DNA of 64,000 bases from an uncultured Pelagibacteraceae bacterium (GCA_902560815.1 CACENP010000003.1:22246-86245); one strand, 5' to 3'. Positions 21,138-31,287 are shown, counted from the first letter of the stretch. Notes: a model not told the origin generated them from the sequence alone. A program made the numbers and translations.

Positions 21138-23432
21138 TTATTTTTTCAAAAATTTAGTTATTAATCTTGGTTTAATAAAAATTTTAGAATTAATTTTATT
21201 AGATATTATTTTTTTAATATATATATCCGATAAAGAATTTTTTTTGCTGAAAGAAATAACATTAATATTTTTTTTTAGTGCAATTTTTTTAATAAAATAA
21301 AAATAATCGTCATCTTGATTAAGTATAAGTTTTCCGCCTTCTGTTATATTATTAATGATTTCAGACTTTGCCTTTGCAATTCCTTCAAGACTTTTAAAAT
21401 TTTTAATGTGGGCATAAGATATATTTGTAATTATACCAAAATCTGGTTCTATTATTTTTGTCAAATAATCAATTTCACCCGCTTTATCCATTCCGGCTTC
21501 AAGAACTACAAATTTATCATTTTTTTTTACATTAAATAAACTTAATGGAACACCATATTTATTATTAAAGGAATTATTTGATTTTGTAGTTGACGCTAAT
21601 TTATTTAAACAGAATGCTAGTAAATCTTTTAAAGACGTTTTGCCTGAGCTACCGGTAATAGAAATAAAATTTGCATTTGAAATTTTTCTTACATCTTTAG
21701 ATGCATTAGTTAAAACTTTAAGCGTATTATTTATTTTAATTTTTTTTAATTTATTTAATTTTCCTAACTTATTTACTATTGCTAAAGAAGCGCCTTTTTT
21801 AATTGCTTCATCTGCATAATCATTACCATCATTTCTAGGGCCTTTAATTGCAAAAAAAACATCATTTTTTTTTATATTTTTTGAATTTATTGATGCTTTG
21901 TTAATTTTCATATCTTTGCTTAACGAGCTTAAATTACATTGTTCATGCAAGATATTTGCTTTCCAATTTTTAAATAATTTTTTATTTTTTAAATTAATTC
22001 CATTTAAAATACATTTTTTATCTGAGAAAAATTTTTTTTTACCTTTATATTCTTGATATATTTCATGACCCTTGCCAGCAACTACTAATATATCTCCTGA
22101 GCTTAAACTTTCTATTGCAACTTTTATTGCTTTTTCTCTCGAGGAAATTTCAACTAATTTATATATAGATATTTTTTTTTTTATTTGATTTCTTATTTTT
22201 TTTGGATTTTCATATCTTGGATTATCATCTGTTAAAAATATCTTATCACAATATTTATTTGCAATTCCACCCATGATAGATCTTTTTTCTTTGTCTCTAT
22301 CTCCTCCACATCCAAAAACAATTTTTATAGAGCTATGACTGAACTGTTCTTTTATACTTTCCAAAGTATGCTTTAATGCATCGGGCGTGTGAGCATAATC
22401 TAGAATTACTTTTGAGTTATTTTTTATATTGCCAATATTCTCAAGTCTTCCTTCAACAGCTTTAATTTTGCCAATTAACTCAATTATTTTGCTGAATTTA
22501 ATTTTGCTTTTACTTGCTGCTAAAGCTGCAAAAAGAAGATTTTTAACCTGAATTTTTCCAATTAAGTTTGTGTTGAATGAGTATTTTTTTTTATTAAATT
22601 CAATTTCTATTTTTTGAACATTTCCTAAATACTGATGTTTTTTTATTAATAAATTAGAATTTTTTTTTCCAATAGTTAGTGATTTTAGATTTTTCTTTAT
22701 ACAAATTTTTTTAAGTATTTTCGATTGAGAAATATCATTATCATATATTATACTTCCACCTTTTTTTGTAAGTTTATTAAATAATATTAATTTTGAATTT
22801 AAATAATCTTTATAAGTTTTATGGTAATCTAAGTGATCGCGAGATAAATTTGTAAAAATTGTTGTATCAAATTTTAATCCATTTAATCTATATTGTTTTA
22901 AACCATGGCTAGATGCTTCTAGAATAGTATTTCTTATTTTTTTTCTTTTTAATAGTGAGAGTGTTTTATGAATAGTGACAGAATCTAAAGTTGTATTATC
23001 TGTTAACTTATTATTATTATTAGTTTTTATGCCAAGAGTTCCAATTGAAGCGACCTTTAATTTTTTATTATTAAGTATTTGAAAATAGAAATTTGCTATT
23101 GAAGACTTACCATTTGTTCCGGTTACAGCAACTAAGTTAGCTGGTGTATTTTTATAATATTTTGAAGCGATTTCTGATACCAGTTTTCTAATATTTTTAT
23201 TATTAATAAATAAAATATTTTCTTTTTTTCCTTGAAAATTTAAGTCAGATACAATTGTTTTTGCACCATTATTAATCGCATTATTAATAAATTTATTTCC
23301 ATTTTTTTTTACACCTCTTATTGAAAAGAAAATATCACCCTGTTTACATTTTCTGCTATCTAAACTTAAATTATTAAATTTATGTAAATAATATTTTTTA
23401 GGTAAATTCTTAAATAATTTTCCAATGTACAT
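21138..23432 (-). CDS. murE: MurE fused to the N-terminal part of MurF; frame broken near 21141-21172
   Basis: MurE motifs VTGTNGKSS, EASSHGL, DYAHTPDAL, FGCGGDRD, DDNPR, AGKGHE; then MurF motifs ITGSSGKTS, SFNNKYGVPLS, EAGMD, AHI. Confidence 0.9.
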   Translation of the reverse strand: MYIGKLFKNLPKKYYLHKFNNLSLDSRKCKQGDIFFSIRGVKKNGNKFINNAINNGAKTIVSDLNFQGKKENILFINNKNIRKLVSEIASKYYKNTPANLVAVTGTNGKSSIANFYFQILNNKKLKVASIGTLGIKTNNNNKLTDNTTLDSVTIHKTLSLLKRKKIRNTILEASSHGLKQYRLNGLKFDTTIFTNLSRDHLDYHKTYKDYLNSKLILFNKLTKKGGSIIYDNDISQSKILKKICIKKNLKSLTIGKKNSNLLIKKHQYLGNVQKIEIEFNKKKYSFNTNLIGKIQVKNLLFAALAASKSKIKFSKIIELIGKIKAVEGRLENIGNIKNNSKVILDYAHTPDALKHTLESIKEQFSHSSIKIVFGCGGDRDKEKRSIMGGIANKYCDKIFLTDDNPRYENPKKIRNQIKKKISIYKLVEISSREKAIKVAIESLSSGDILVVAGKGHEIYQEYKGKKKFFSDKKCILNGINLKNKKLFKNWKANILHEQCNLSSLSKDMKINKASINSKNIKKNDVFFAIKGPRNDGNDYADEAIKKGASLAIVNKLGKLNKLKKIKINNTLKVLTNASKDVRKISNANFISITGSSGKTSLKDLLAFCLNKLASTTKSNNSFNNKYGVPLSLFNVKKNDKFVVLEAGMDKAGEIDYLTKIIEPDFGIITNISYAHIKNFKSLEGIAKAKSEIINNITEGGKLILNQDDDYFYFIKKIALKKNINVISFSKKNSLSDIYIKKIISNKINSKIFIKPRLITKFLKK
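21141..21172 (-). repeat. inverted 32-bp copy of mraY sequence at the murF frame break
   Basis: ttttttcaaaaatttagttattaatcttggtt is the reverse complement of 20052-20083. Confidence 0.9.
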
Positions 23433-23449
23433 TTGATAAATTTAAAATC

Positions 23450-25141
23450 TTAATATTTTGTGGCTAAAATAGGTCCAATATTTTCTATAATTTTACCTGT
23501 AACCTCAACTGTAGTCCAGCCAGCAGTATTAAATGGAGTGCCCTTATATTTAATATTTGATCCATCTCTAAAATGGTAAATATAATCTTTATTTGTTTTT
23601 GGCTCATCCAGCATTACAGCTAATACAAATTTAGGATTAGATGTGGGAAATATGGATACAAAGGTATTTATTTTTTTTTTTGAATAACTACCATCTACAC
23701 TTTTTTGTGCAGTGCCAGTTTTTCCACCAATTTCATAACCATTGACATTCGCCAGGGAAGCTGTTCCTTCTTTTGTTGTTACAATTTTCCTTAGAATAGG
23801 CAAAATTTTTTTGGATACACCATCATTTAAAATTTTTTTTTTATCATTTAAATTAGTAGTTTTTGCAATGGTAGTTGGATTAATTTTATATCCTCCATTT
23901 GTAATTATTGCATAAGCTTTGGCTAACTGAAGTAGCGTTGTTGTAATGCCGTGGCCAAAAGATGCCGTTGCAAGTGGACATTTTCCCCAACTAAATTTAA
24001 TTGGTTTACCAACTTCTTCAACATCAAAATTAATCTCATCTAAGACACCAATTTTTGATAAGAATAATTTAAATTTTTCTTCTCCTACCTGTTGACCTAT
24101 TCTTACTGAACCTATGTTTCCAGATCGAATTAAAATTTGTTCAGCTGTCAAATTTGAAGGTATCTTATTGTCGTATTCTCTTATTGGAAATCCAGCACAA
24201 GTTAATGATTTTGGCAGATCAACAAATTCTGTTTGTGGTTCAATAATCTTTTCATCAAAAGCTGCTGCTAATGTAAAAGTTTTAAAAACTGAACCAAATT
24301 CATAAACTCCTTTTGTCGCTCTATTTATAAAATTTATATCTGAAATTTCTTCTCTTTTATTTAAATTAAAATCAGGAAGTGATACTAAAGAAATTATATC
24401 ACCAGAATTTATATCCATTAATATTGCTGCACTTCCTAAATTGTTAAAGATTTCTTCAGATTTTTTTAGCTCTTCTCTTATAAGATATTGAATATCTGTA
24501 TCAACAGTAAGTTTTAAAGGTGAAAAGTTTTTTTTTAATTCTTTATCGAATGATTTTTCTATTCCTGATATTCCATTATTGTCATCATCAATTTGTCCTA
24601 TTATATGGCTAAATAAATTCTCATGAGGATATATTCTAGATATTTTTTGTTCAGTAATAATTGATTTGTCTCCTAAAAGAATCAATTCGTCCAATTTATC
24701 TTGATTAATTTTTTTTTTAATATAAAAAAATTTTTTACCATTTAAATTTTTTTTGATTTTATTAAATTGAATATTTGTTTTTTCAGGAAAAATTATTTTT
24801 AAATTAAGTAATAACTTCTCTTTATCTATAACTAACTTGGGATTTATTCCAACATTTTGAGTAATGATTGTTTTTGCAATTAAGTTGTTATTTCTATCAA
24901 TTATACTAGATCTAAATTCAGATTTGATTAAATTTTTATTCTTAATTTTTGCACTTAAGGAACCAAGAAAAATAGCTTTAGTAGAAAAAATTATTGATAC
25001 AATAACAAAAACAAAGAAAATAAATGCAATTCTATTAAATGATATATTTAAATTAGATTTTTTTGTTTGGTAGAAAAATTGATCTTCATATTCCTCAATA
25101 AACAAATTTTCTTTATTATTATTTTTCATTTTTATCTTCAT
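23450..25141 (-). CDS. ftsI: penicillin-binding protein 3 (peptidoglycan transpeptidase)
   Basis: N-terminal TM, RSSIIDRN, GSVFK (SxxK), SGN (SxN), KTGTAQK. Confidence 0.95.
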   Translation of the reverse strand: MKIKMKNNNKENLFIEEYEDQFFYQTKKSNLNISFNRIAFIFFVFVIVSIIFSTKAIFLGSLSAKIKNKNLIKSEFRSSIIDRNNNLIAKTIITQNVGINPKLVIDKEKLLLNLKIIFPEKTNIQFNKIKKNLNGKKFFYIKKKINQDKLDELILLGDKSIITEQKISRIYPHENLFSHIIGQIDDDNNGISGIEKSFDKELKKNFSPLKLTVDTDIQYLIREELKKSEEIFNNLGSAAILMDINSGDIISLVSLPDFNLNKREEISDINFINRATKGVYEFGSVFKTFTLAAAFDEKIIEPQTEFVDLPKSLTCAGFPIREYDNKIPSNLTAEQILIRSGNIGSVRIGQQVGEEKFKLFLSKIGVLDEINFDVEEVGKPIKFSWGKCPLATASFGHGITTTLLQLAKAYAIITNGGYKINPTTIAKTTNLNDKKKILNDGVSKKILPILRKIVTTKEGTASLANVNGYEIGGKTGTAQKSVDGSYSKKKINTFVSIFPTSNPKFVLAVMLDEPKTNKDYIYHFRDGSNIKYKGTPFNTAGWTTVEVTGKIIENIGPILATKY

Positions 25142-25436
25142 TTACAGCTAGTTTCTTGACTGATAATTCTTCGCTGTTAAAATTTATTTCACTAATGTCT
25201 TCTATATCAATGGGTATTAAATCATTTTCAAAATATTTTTTTTGATACTCATTTAATTTTTTAGGTGAACTTAAATAATTATGATCTAATAAAACTAATT
25301 CATACTTTTCTTTCAATAATCTAATATCTTCATTTATATTAAAAATTTTGACATCAATATCCTTTGTTGAATTTTTAATTATTGAGGTAAAAAAAATTAA
25401 AAAAACAATTAATATTGAAAAAATAGTTTTTTTCAT
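25119..25436 (-). CDS. ftsL: cell division protein FtsL
   Basis: short protein with a TM and coiled coil ending YLSSPKKL, between rsmH and ftsI. Confidence 0.75.
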   Translation of the reverse strand: MKKTIFSILIVFLIFFTSIIKNSTKDIDVKIFNINEDIRLLKEKYELVLLDHNYLSSPKKLNEYQKKYFENDLIPIDIEDISEINFNSEELSVKKLAVNEDKNEK

Positions 25437-26440
25437 ATTTTGTTGGTAAAGTTTTCTATTTCTAATAAATGGTTAAATTTTTTTGTTAACTCAGAAAAAT
25501 TCGAATTATTATTTAATTTTATGGCATATCTCAATTTTGCAGATCTAGATGCTGGGTTAATATTTATTTCACTTTTTTGTGGAATAATTGGCTTTTTATC
25601 TAATAGTTTGAATAAAATTTTTTTCTCTTTGCTTGGTGGTAAGTATCTAGAACTATTTTTATTTTCAGAGTAATTTTTTAATAAAAATTTTACAATTTTG
25701 TCCTCAATTGAATGAAAGGTTACTACCACTATTATCCCCCCTACAGGCAAAAGCTTAAAACCATTTATTAATCCATTCAATAATTCGCTAATTTCATTAT
25801 TAACAATAATTCTAAGCGCTTGAAAAACTTTGGTTGCATTATGAATTTTAGAAAAATTTTTTTTTTTAACTGAATTAATTATTTTTACCAGATCCTCTGT
25901 TTCAATATTTTTTTTTTTTCTAAATGATATAATTTTTTTAGAAATTATATTACTTTTCTTTTCTTCGCCAAATATTTTAAATATTTTTGCAAGTTCCTTC
26001 TGGCCTAATTTATTTATAACATCATCAGCTGAAATATTATTAAAACCCATTTTCATATTAAGTTTTCCTCTGCTTTCAAAAGATAAGCCTTTGGTATAGT
26101 CTTTTATTTGAGTTGTTGAATATCCTAGGTCAAAAATTATTCCTCTAAGATTATTTACATTTTTTTCTAAATTAGATATTTCGCTAAATTTTATATTTTT
26201 AAAATCAAACCTACTTTGATATTTTTTTTTAAATTGGTCTGCAATTTTTAAAGAATTATTATCTCTATCAATTGCTATAATTTTATTATTTCTATTTTCT
26301 AAGATTTTTTTTGAGTATCCACCTTGACCAAATGTACAATCAATAAATGTGCCACCATATAGAGGGGAAATTATGCTAATTACTTCATTTAGCAAAACTG
26401 GAAAATGTTTTACATCTTCAAGTTTTATGGTGGCATTCAT
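25433..26440 (-). CDS. rsmH: 16S rRNA m4C1402 methyltransferase
   Basis: HFPVLLNEV, DCTFGQGGYS, DLGYS, FQALRIIVNNE, TFHSIEDKIVK, NPASRSAKLR. Confidence 0.96.
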   Translation of the reverse strand: MNATIKLEDVKHFPVLLNEVISIISPLYGGTFIDCTFGQGGYSKKILENRNNKIIAIDRDNNSLKIADQFKKKYQSRFDFKNIKFSEISNLEKNVNNLRGIIFDLGYSTTQIKDYTKGLSFESRGKLNMKMGFNNISADDVINKLGQKELAKIFKIFGEEKKSNIISKKIISFRKKKNIETEDLVKIINSVKKKNFSKIHNATKVFQALRIIVNNEISELLNGLINGFKLLPVGGIIVVVTFHSIEDKIVKFLLKNYSENKNSSRYLPPSKEKKILFKLLDKKPIIPQKSEININPASRSAKLRYAIKLNNNSNFSELTKKFNHLLEIENFTNKI

Positions 26441-26458
26441 TTATTTTCTTGAAGACCA

Positions 26459-27880
26459 TTAATTCTTTTGTCTTCTTAAAAATGCCGGAATATCTAAGTC
26501 GTCTTCTTCCAAATTATCAGTTTCTTCAGAAACTAATGTTTCGTTTGTTAAACTATCTTCACTTTCAGAATTAAAAAGCTCAGGCGTTTCCTCTTCAATT
26601 TCAAAATTTTCTAAACCATTAGAAACTTCTGGCTCTTCAACAATTTGGTTTTCTTCAATAATTGATTGCTCTGTTACTAAATTATTTGTAAGAACTTCGT
26701 TATCGTTTTGTTCAAATTGCTCAGTCTCATTAACTGTTTCTTCCTGAATTTCATTTTCTAGTTTTAATGCTGTGGCACCTTCTGAGATTGGTGCTGACAC
26801 ATTAGCCGAAAAATTAAATGATTGATGAGAATCAGAGTTTTGAAACTCAGAATAGCCTGGATTTCTATTTTGAATTCTATGTACCATGTTAATTACTGAT
26901 TTTGATTCAGGTTGTTGACCATCAAGAGCAGTAGCAACGATAGATACTCTCATTTTTCCATCAAGTGCAGGGTCTGTTATTGCTCCAATTATTAGTTCAG
27001 CTTCTGTATCAACTTCAGACCTAACTTTATTCACTGCTTCATCAACTTCAAATAATTTTAAGTCTTTACCGCCAGTAATATTAACTAATAATCCTTTTGC
27101 GCCTTTAAGGGTATAATCATCAATTAATGGATTGCTGATTGCCATTTCTGCAGCTTTTGAAGCTCTGCCCTCACCTTCGGCTTCACCAGTTCCCATCATT
27201 GCTTTACCCATTGCACTCATAACAGTTTCAACATCTGCAAAATCTAAATTGATCAAGCCAGGTCTAACCATTAAGTCAGTGATACTTTGAACTCCATGTA
27301 ATAAAACATTATTTGATAATTCAAAAGATTCTTCAAATGTTGTTTGTTCACTCGCAATTTTAAATAGGTTTTGATTTGGAATAACAATAATAGTATCCAC
27401 ATGTTTTCTAAGTTCCTCTAGGCCATGTTGGGCTCTTCTCATTCTAGATGGTCCTTCATAAAGAAATGGGAGCGTTACAACTCCTACTGTTAAAATATTT
27501 AACTCCTTAGCTGCTCGAGCTATAACGTGTGCAGAACCTGTACCTGTTCCTCCACCCATACCAGCGGCAATAAAAACCATGTTTGAACCTTGTAAACAAT
27601 TTACAATTTCATTTAAAGACTCGTCTGCCGCTGCTTGTCCTATATCAATTTTTGCACCAGCACCTAATCCCTTGGTTAAATTTAATCCAATTTGTATTTT
27701 AGTATGTGCTTTACTAAGTTTTAAATCCTGAGCATCAGTATTAACTGCAATAAATTCTACCCCTTGCATTCCTGCATCTATCATTTCATTTATTGCATTT
27801 CCCCCTGCTCCTCCAACTCCAAGAACTAGTATTCTTGGTTTCAACTCTCTAATATCTGGTTGTTTAAAATTTATAGTCAT
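26459..27880 (-). CDS. ftsZ: cell division protein FtsZ
   Basis: [18 protein letters not shown] tubulin signature, NLDFADV, acidic linker, C-terminal [11 protein letters not shown]; strong SD (aagggag). Confidence 0.98.
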   Translation of the reverse strand: MTINFKQPDIRELKPRILVLGVGGAGGNAINEMIDAGMQGVEFIAVNTDAQDLKLSKAHTKIQIGLNLTKGLGAGAKIDIGQAAADESLNEIVNCLQGSNMVFIAAGMGGGTGTGSAHVIARAAKELNILTVGVVTLPFLYEGPSRMRRAQHGLEELRKHVDTIIVIPNQNLFKIASEQTTFEESFELSNNVLLHGVQSITDLMVRPGLINLDFADVETVMSAMGKAMMGTGEAEGEGRASKAAEMAISNPLIDDYTLKGAKGLLVNITGGKDLKLFEVDEAVNKVRSEVDTEAELIIGAITDPALDGKMRVSIVATALDGQQPESKSVINMVHRIQNRNPGYSEFQNSDSHQSFNFSANVSAPISEGATALKLENEIQEETVNETEQFEQNDNEVLTNNLVTEQSIIEENQIVEEPEVSNGLENFEIEEETPELFNSESEDSLTNETLVSEETDNLEEDDLDIPAFLRRQKN

Positions 27881-27891
27881 ATATCTCCCTT

Positions 27892-28347
27892 TTAGTTATT
27901 AAATTGTCGCTCCCATTTAAGGCTAGCTCTATGAATATTTGATTTTCTTTTCGCAGTTACCCTAAATTTTTCAAATGTTGTTGGTTCCCATATTTGGAAA
28001 GTTTTTCCTTGACCAACAAACAACATGCTATTTTTAATTTTTGCATGCTTTAATAATTTTGATGTTAATAAAATTCTACCTTCACTATCAAATTGTAGGT
28101 TTATACTTTCAGACAATATTGATGTTGCAAAATAATCTTTTTTTTCTTCAAAAGGGTTTAATGAGTCAATTGCGTTTGAGATTTTTTCAATTCTATCTTG
28201 TGGCCATGCTTCAATACATTGATTGTTAAAAGAAGGATAACAAATTACTCCATTATAACCTAAATTAGATAAGTAAGATCTAAAAGAAGCCGGCACAGAA
28301 ACCCTTCCCTTTTTGTCCAGTTTGTTTTCGTAAGTTGATAAAAACAT
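27892..28347 (-). CDS. mraZ: division/cell wall cluster transcriptional repressor MraZ
   Basis: two DxxGR repeats ([14 protein letters not shown]; FDSEGRILL), [11 protein letters not shown]. Confidence 0.95.
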   Translation of the reverse strand: MFLSTYENKLDKKGRVSVPASFRSYLSNLGYNGVICYPSFNNQCIEAWPQDRIEKISNAIDSLNPFEEKKDYFATSILSESINLQFDSEGRILLTSKLLKHAKIKNSMLFVGQGKTFQIWEPTTFEKFRVTAKRKSNIHRASLKWERQFNN

Positions 28348-28368
28348 AGCTCATATATAACCCTAATT

Positions 28369-28392
28369 TGGGTTTATATGGGATATTATGGG
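28369..28392. promoter_or_regulatory. candidate MraZ operator: three TGGG repeats at 10-bp periodicity
   Basis: TGGG at 28369, 28379 and 28389 (tgggtttata tgggatatta tggg), 22-45 bp upstream of the mraZ start; matches the known TGGGN 10-bp repeat pattern of MraZ boxes. Confidence 0.65.
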
Positions 28393-28494
28393 TTTTATAG
28401 CTAGTCGTCAACACTTAATATTTTACAAGTAATAACCTATTTGAAGAACAAATATGAAACGTTTCTATTGAAAATTTTTTTGATTAGATAAGGA

Positions 28495-28855
28495 GTGCCA
28501 GATAAACTATAAGCCGGGTTCTGTCATTTAAACCTATCATTTCTCTAGGCCTTAAATCACTTTAAGGCTCAAGCAACTAACCCTGATGACTAGCCAAAGA
28601 CAGCTTTTAGTTATTTCTAACAATGTCATCTCTACTCAGTCTTGCTCTCAGTGGGGTTTTCCATGCGCTGTTTGTTACCAAACAGCCGGTGTGCTCTTAC
28701 CACACCTTTTCACCCTTGCCTTGATGAGGCGGTTTATTTTCTGTGGCACTATCCCTGGGGTTGCCCCCGCCAGCCATTAACTGGCACTGTGTCTTTGTAG
28801 AGCCCGGACTTTCCTCTTTAAAACTAATTAAAGCGATAAGTCATTTATCTGGCAT
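28495..28855 (-). ncRNA. rnpB: RNase P RNA (class A)
   Basis: minus strand has GAGGAAAGTCCGGGCT near the 5' end and GACAGAACCCGGCTTAT near the 3' end; terminal P1 helix tgccagataaa/tttatctggca; locally GC-rich. Confidence 0.95.
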
Positions 28856-28901
28856 GGTCAAATTATTCATTATTTTTACTTTTTCAAGAAAAATTAACTC
28901 A

Positions 28902-29630
28902 TCAAGAAAGTTTACTCAATTTTTCCCCAATAATTAAGCATTCTCTGTCTATTTTGCCATTTACTAGCTTTTGCCTAAATCTTCTTTGGAAACTTTTAAC
29001 TAACTTAAATTTTTTATTCTTGCTCAAATTTTTAACAAAATATCCAATTTTGTTTAGATACTTTAAAAACTTTAATATTTCATTTTTAGTAATTTTTTTA
29101 TTTCTTATTTTCTTTAATTTTTTTTCATCAATCTTATGCCAAATACCAATTTTTTTATTAGCCAAATATCTCCAAGGAAATTTTTCTCCTGGGTCTTTTT
29201 TTCTTTCAAACGCAATATCTGAATGTCCTAATATATTGGATCTTTTTATCTTATATTTTTTAATTAAATATTTTGATAATTTAATTAATGAAAATATTTG
29301 CTCTTTTGAATAATTTTGATATCCAAATTCATGTCCTTTATTTGATATTTCAACTCCTATAGAATTTTTGTTTAAAGAAATATCTTTTTTCCACTTAGAT
29401 TTTCCTGCGTGCCAAGCTTCATATAATTCGGGTACCATTAAAATAATTTGACCATTTCTTTTTATAAAATAATGGCAACTTACATTTGAATTGTCATCAG
29501 TTAGTCTTTTTACAGCCTTATTTTCGCTACGCATTCCAGTGTAATGATAAACTATGTATTTTATCTTTTTTTTATTTCTTGCTGAGGTTGAAAAATTCGG
29601 TGAGTAATTTAGTGAAGTTTTTATGGTCAT
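28902..29630 (-). CDS. N-acetylmuramoyl-L-alanine amidase (Amidase_2, AmiD/AmpD-like) with C-terminal PG-binding domain
   Basis: HYTGM, VSCHY, AWHAGKS, NSIGVEI, GHSDIA..RKKDPG, FQRRFR. Confidence 0.9.
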   Translation of the reverse strand: MTIKTSLNYSPNFSTSARNKKKIKYIVYHYTGMRSENKAVKRLTDDNSNVSCHYFIKRNGQIILMVPELYEAWHAGKSKWKKDISLNKNSIGVEISNKGHEFGYQNYSKEQIFSLIKLSKYLIKKYKIKRSNILGHSDIAFERKKDPGEKFPWRYLANKKIGIWHKIDEKKLKKIRNKKITKNEILKFLKYLNKIGYFVKNLSKNKKFKLVKSFQRRFRQKLVNGKIDRECLIIGEKLSKLS

Positions 29631-29696
29631 TTTAAAGAATTATACCACAAAATATAGATTTACTTTTAATAAAGATATACATATAAAATTTGATTT

Positions 29697-30476
29697 ATGA
29701 GCAGGATTTTTAAGGTTTTAATTTTGTCATTATTTATAGCAACTTCGTCTATGGCGGGTAGCGATGGTCAAAATGAATTATCTAAAAAAACGAATGGAGA
29801 AGTCAAAGATTGTTTTGAAACAGTAAATAGAGGAATTTTTGCATTCAATCAAGCTATTGATGGATTAATCTTTGAACCTTTGGCAAAAGGATATTTATAT
29901 TTACCATCACCAATAAGAACTGGAACAAGTAATTTTGTTGGAAATTTATCAACTCTATTAACTATTCCAAACAATGTTCTTCAGGGAGATTTTCATATTG
30001 CAGGAAAAAATACTTTAAGATTTGTAGTAAATAGTACAGTTGGAGTCGTTGGAATATTTGATCCAGCATCTGCAATTGGCTTGAATAGTTATGAAAAAGA
30101 AGATTTTGGACAAACATTAGGTAGTTGGGGAGTCGGCGAAGGATGTTACGTGGTACTTCCGGTACTTGGTCCATCTACCGCAAGAGATGCTTTTGGGTCT
30201 TTGGGAAATTATATGGGTGGAGATGCCTGGTATAATGTTACGGTTAGAAATGATACTCAATACTTTTCAAATTTTGATTACTATGCATCAAAAGGTGCTG
30301 GTGGTGTAGATTTTAGAGCTAAAAATTTTGACGATATAAATAATCTAGAAGAAAATTCTATAGATTTTTATGCATCAGTAAAAAGTTTATATCTACAAGA
30401 TAGACGTAAAAGAATAGCTAATGCAAGTGGAGCAACTCAAACTCAAGACGATAGCGACTGGGAAGAAATCGAATAA
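29697..30476 (+). CDS. mlaA: MlaA/VacJ lipid asymmetry protein
   Basis: FETVNR..FAFN, RFVVNSTVG..GIFD, EDFGQTLG.WG, VLPVLGPSTARD. Confidence 0.92.
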   Translation: MSRIFKVLILSLFIATSSMAGSDGQNELSKKTNGEVKDCFETVNRGIFAFNQAIDGLIFEPLAKGYLYLPSPIRTGTSNFVGNLSTLLTIPNNVLQGDFHIAGKNTLRFVVNSTVGVVGIFDPASAIGLNSYEKEDFGQTLGSWGVGEGCYVVLPVLGPSTARDAFGSLGNYMGGDAWYNVTVRNDTQYFSNFDYYASKGAGGVDFRAKNFDDINNLEENSIDFYASVKSLYLQDRRKRIANASGATQTQDDSDWEEIE

Positions 30477-30487
30477 ATTTAAATATA

Positions 30488-31090
30488 ATGCTTGTAAAAA
30501 AAGCTATCAAGTTACTATCAATTACAATTTTAAGTTTTTTTTTAATATCTAATTCATTTTCTATTGAGCCAAAGGATTTTGTCCAACAAACAGTGGATAA
30601 GGCAGCCAAGGCTCTAGATCAAAATTTAAGCAAAGATCTAAAAATTAGTAAACTAAAAGTAATTGCTTTAAAAAGTGTTGATATCAAAGGAATTGGATTT
30701 TATTCGCTTGGAAAATATAGAAAAAATATTTCAGATCAGAAAAAAGAAGAATATTTAGAGATTTTTACTAAATATTTTTTAAAAACATTTTCAAGTAGGC
30801 TAGCTCAATATTCAGATCCAAAAATTATAGTTAATTCTCAAAAAAAATTAAATGATAAATATACAATGGTCTCAAGCACTCTTATAGCTACTAATGATAA
30901 ACCTGAAGTGAAAGTTGATTGGAGAGTTGTTACAAAAGATCCGGATAATCCTCTAATAATAGATCTTATCATTGAAGGTGTTAGTTTAGCTAAAGTTCAA
31001 AAGCAAGAATTTTATTCAATTATCCAAAGTAATGATGGAGATATTAATGCTTTGTTTAAAAATCTTAAAGAATTTGTAGAAAAAGATTAA
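30488..31090 (+). CDS. mlaC: MlaC/Ttg2D periplasmic phospholipid-binding protein
   Basis: signal peptide, SLGKY, VDWRV, IIDLIIEGVSL..QKQEF; adjacent to mlaA. Confidence 0.88.
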   Translation: MLVKKAIKLLSITILSFFLISNSFSIEPKDFVQQTVDKAAKALDQNLSKDLKISKLKVIALKSVDIKGIGFYSLGKYRKNISDQKKEEYLEIFTKYFLKTFSSRLAQYSDPKIIVNSQKKLNDKYTMVSSTLIATNDKPEVKVDWRVVTKDPDNPLIIDLIIEGVSLAKVQKQEFYSIIQSNDGDINALFKNLKEFVEKD

Positions 31091-31098
31091 ATGCTTAA

Positions 31099-31175
31099 TG
31101 GTGGGCGATCCAGGACTCGAACCTGGGACCAATACATTATGAGTGTACTGCTCTAACCAACTGAGCTAATCGCCC
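31099..31175 (-). tRNA. tRNA with CAT anticodon, most likely tRNA-Ile2 (lysidine-modified) rather than Met
   Basis: GGGCGATTAGCTCAGTTGGTTAGAGCAGTACACTCATAATGTATTGGTCCCAGGTTCGAGTCCTGGATCGCCCACCA; cloverleaf with encoded CCA; paired G1-C72 (not initiator); C4-G69 favours Ile2. Confidence 0.9.
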
Positions 31176-31190
31176 TTCGTAAATATTAAG

Positions 31191-31219
31191 TTTTTACAAC
31201 GGCTTAGTTCATTAGGCAA
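31191..31219 (-). promoter_or_regulatory. possible sigma70 promoter of the tRNA(CAT)
   Basis: TTGCCT-N17-TAAAAA on the minus strand just upstream of the tRNA. Confidence 0.4.
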
Positions 31220-31237
31220 GAACATTTGTTTTATTAA

Positions 31238-31266
31238 AGATCTGGGAGTTATATTCTCCCAGATCT
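31238..31266 (-). terminator. stem-loop downstream of the 47-aa ORF, likely intrinsic terminator
   Basis: perfect 11-bp stem AGATCTGGGAG-ttatatt-CTCCCAGATCT about 20 nt after the stop codon; U-tract is weak. Confidence 0.6.
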
Positions 31267-31287
31267 ACTTTCTATCTTTGCTCATAG

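Noticed and set aside
28446-28460. GAAC-N7-AAAC resembling an alphaproteobacterial LexA box upstream of mraZ
   Set aside because: The second half-site is imperfect and I saw no comparable boxes upstream of uvrB or uvrD; too weak to support.
28586-28937. Two 64-aa + strand ORFs with elevated GC
   Set aside because: They are antisense shadows of rnpB; the GC content comes from RNA structure.
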